From Saccostrea cucullata (taxonomy: Eukaryota): 64,000 nt of DNA. The notes below the pieces were generated by a model that saw only the letters and a list, made by a program, of their open reading frames with translations, was not told the origin of the DNA and made no database searches. Shown piece by piece: positions 62,693-64,000 of this stretch. Numbering within the stretch: position 1 is the first letter of the stretch; every line of letters begins with the position of its first letter. The translations under genes were made by a program, and so were the position numbers. The stretch covers positions 62,001-126,000 of the forward strand of contig NW_026919765.1 of assembly GCF_032062105.1 (NCBI RefSeq), written 5' to 3'.

Positions 62693-62904
62693 GAATCATT
62701 TTAAACTGATTGTCAAAGATTTGTTTGTAAAAAAAATATTCTTACACTTCACCCATTTTACTTGGGTGAAAAACCTGAAACGGAAACTTTTGAACGAATT
62801 CAAATATCAAACTATTTTTTTTTTTGTAATTATATGGAAAGCAAAATCGAACTTAGATTTTTAGATGTTTCTGTCAATCTACAAAAAAACTGTTCTGAAT
62901 ATTG

Positions 62905-63310
62905 ATATATACCCCCCCCCCCCCCCCCTGGGAGGATATATAGTAATCGGTATTTCCGTCTGTCCGTCCGTCCGTCTGTCTGTTACGCTTTATCTCTTAT
63001 CCGCAACTCCTCTTATACTACTGAGTGAAATTTAATGAAACTTTCACAGAATCTGTATTACATGTTGCCATAGTGCACCTCCTAATTTACTCTTTTATCC
63101 GACACGTATTTTAAGTTTCCCATAGCAAAACATGGACATTGCCATTATATGTTTACTTATGACATCACATATAGAGGCTTCTGGATAACATTTGATAGGA
63201 CGAGTTATTCCTCTTTTTACATTACCGTAAAACAATATATAGCAACACATGGACATTATTGGGGTGGGGGTATCATTTAGTGGGCTCATTGCTCTCAGTA
63301 CCTCTAGTTT
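62905..63310 (+). mobile_element. Helentron-type non-autonomous element
   Basis: tatacccc..ggatatatagtaatcggtatttccgtctgtccgtccgtcc..ggggtatcatttagtgggctcattgctctcagtacctctagtt. Confidence 0.75.
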
Positions 63311-64000
63311 GTTTACCTTACATGACAACACCATGATTGAAAACATATTATATTCTGAATTTCTTTTTGGTAATAAACTTTCTCTGCACAGGCGAAGTAT
63401 TCAATACAAGCATAAAATCTGCATCTGATTGAAATTATAATTAATAAAGTATTTTATATTAAGATGCTTAATCAATAGCAAGAACCCTTTTCATATTTCT
63501 TTTAATGTATTTAAGATGTTATGGGTACTGCATAGGTACTGCATAGCTATATAAGACATGAAAAATAATTCACTTATGTAGCCGTCCATGATGTCACCTT
63601 TAAAATAATGTATGTTTACCTTCTCCCGATTCAGGGTAAAAATTTGGGTCAGTGGGTAGGTGGTAATATTTTTGTTCTCAGAAGCTTTCATAATGATGGA
63701 ATAAAAAAATGCAGGAATAAAAAGTAAATAATTATTTTAGAATTTCTTGAGATTGAAAAAAAAGTTTGGGTCGGGCCAGTGTGAGCAGGGAGGGATGGAG
63801 AGAACAATCAAACAAATTTTTAAAGATGACAATTATCATTATTGAATTGTACATTTTATACCATTTTTATACCACTTTTAATTAAGTTAAAAGAATAGAC
63901 ATAACTGCATAATTATCTAACAATTTTTCTAATTCTTTGGTTGACTGAAACTTTTATCATTAAAATAGATTTGATAACTTCATAATGCCTTTATTCTTAA

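Overview
AT-rich eukaryotic (animal) genomic DNA, most likely from a bivalve such as an oyster. This is an inference from the repeat families and the C1q/BTB/GPCR gene content, not a database result. Host genes: a tandem cluster of four intact intronless rhodopsin-family GPCRs (3980-21069), all with QRY in place of DRY, plus a disrupted fifth copy (54436-55510); a two-exon secreted globular C1q gene (22877-23649); two paralogous two-exon BTB/coiled-coil genes on the minus strand (one frameshifted, one intact); and a serpin (60598-61944) with an N-terminal signal peptide and a 41-aa hydrophobic C-terminal extension that looks like a GPI or membrane anchor. The first 16 kb is an old ~8 kb tandem duplication. 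The rest is heavily nested transposon debris: Helentron-type elements with 168-bp and ~148-bp tandem arrays, tRNA-SINEs, an L2-type LINE, Penelope-like 3' ends, a DIRS-like relic, several MITEs, a foldback element, and a 7.5-kb TTAA-flanked and a 3.7-kb CACTA-like element that each hide a spliced cargo reading frame. There is one 159-N assembly gap. Best leads: the candidate membrane-anchored serpin; a structured, possibly pseudoknotted RNA module at the Penelope-like 3' ends; spliced orphan genes inside non-autonomous transposons; and a TM3-restricted divergence peak between two otherwise near-identical GPCRs.
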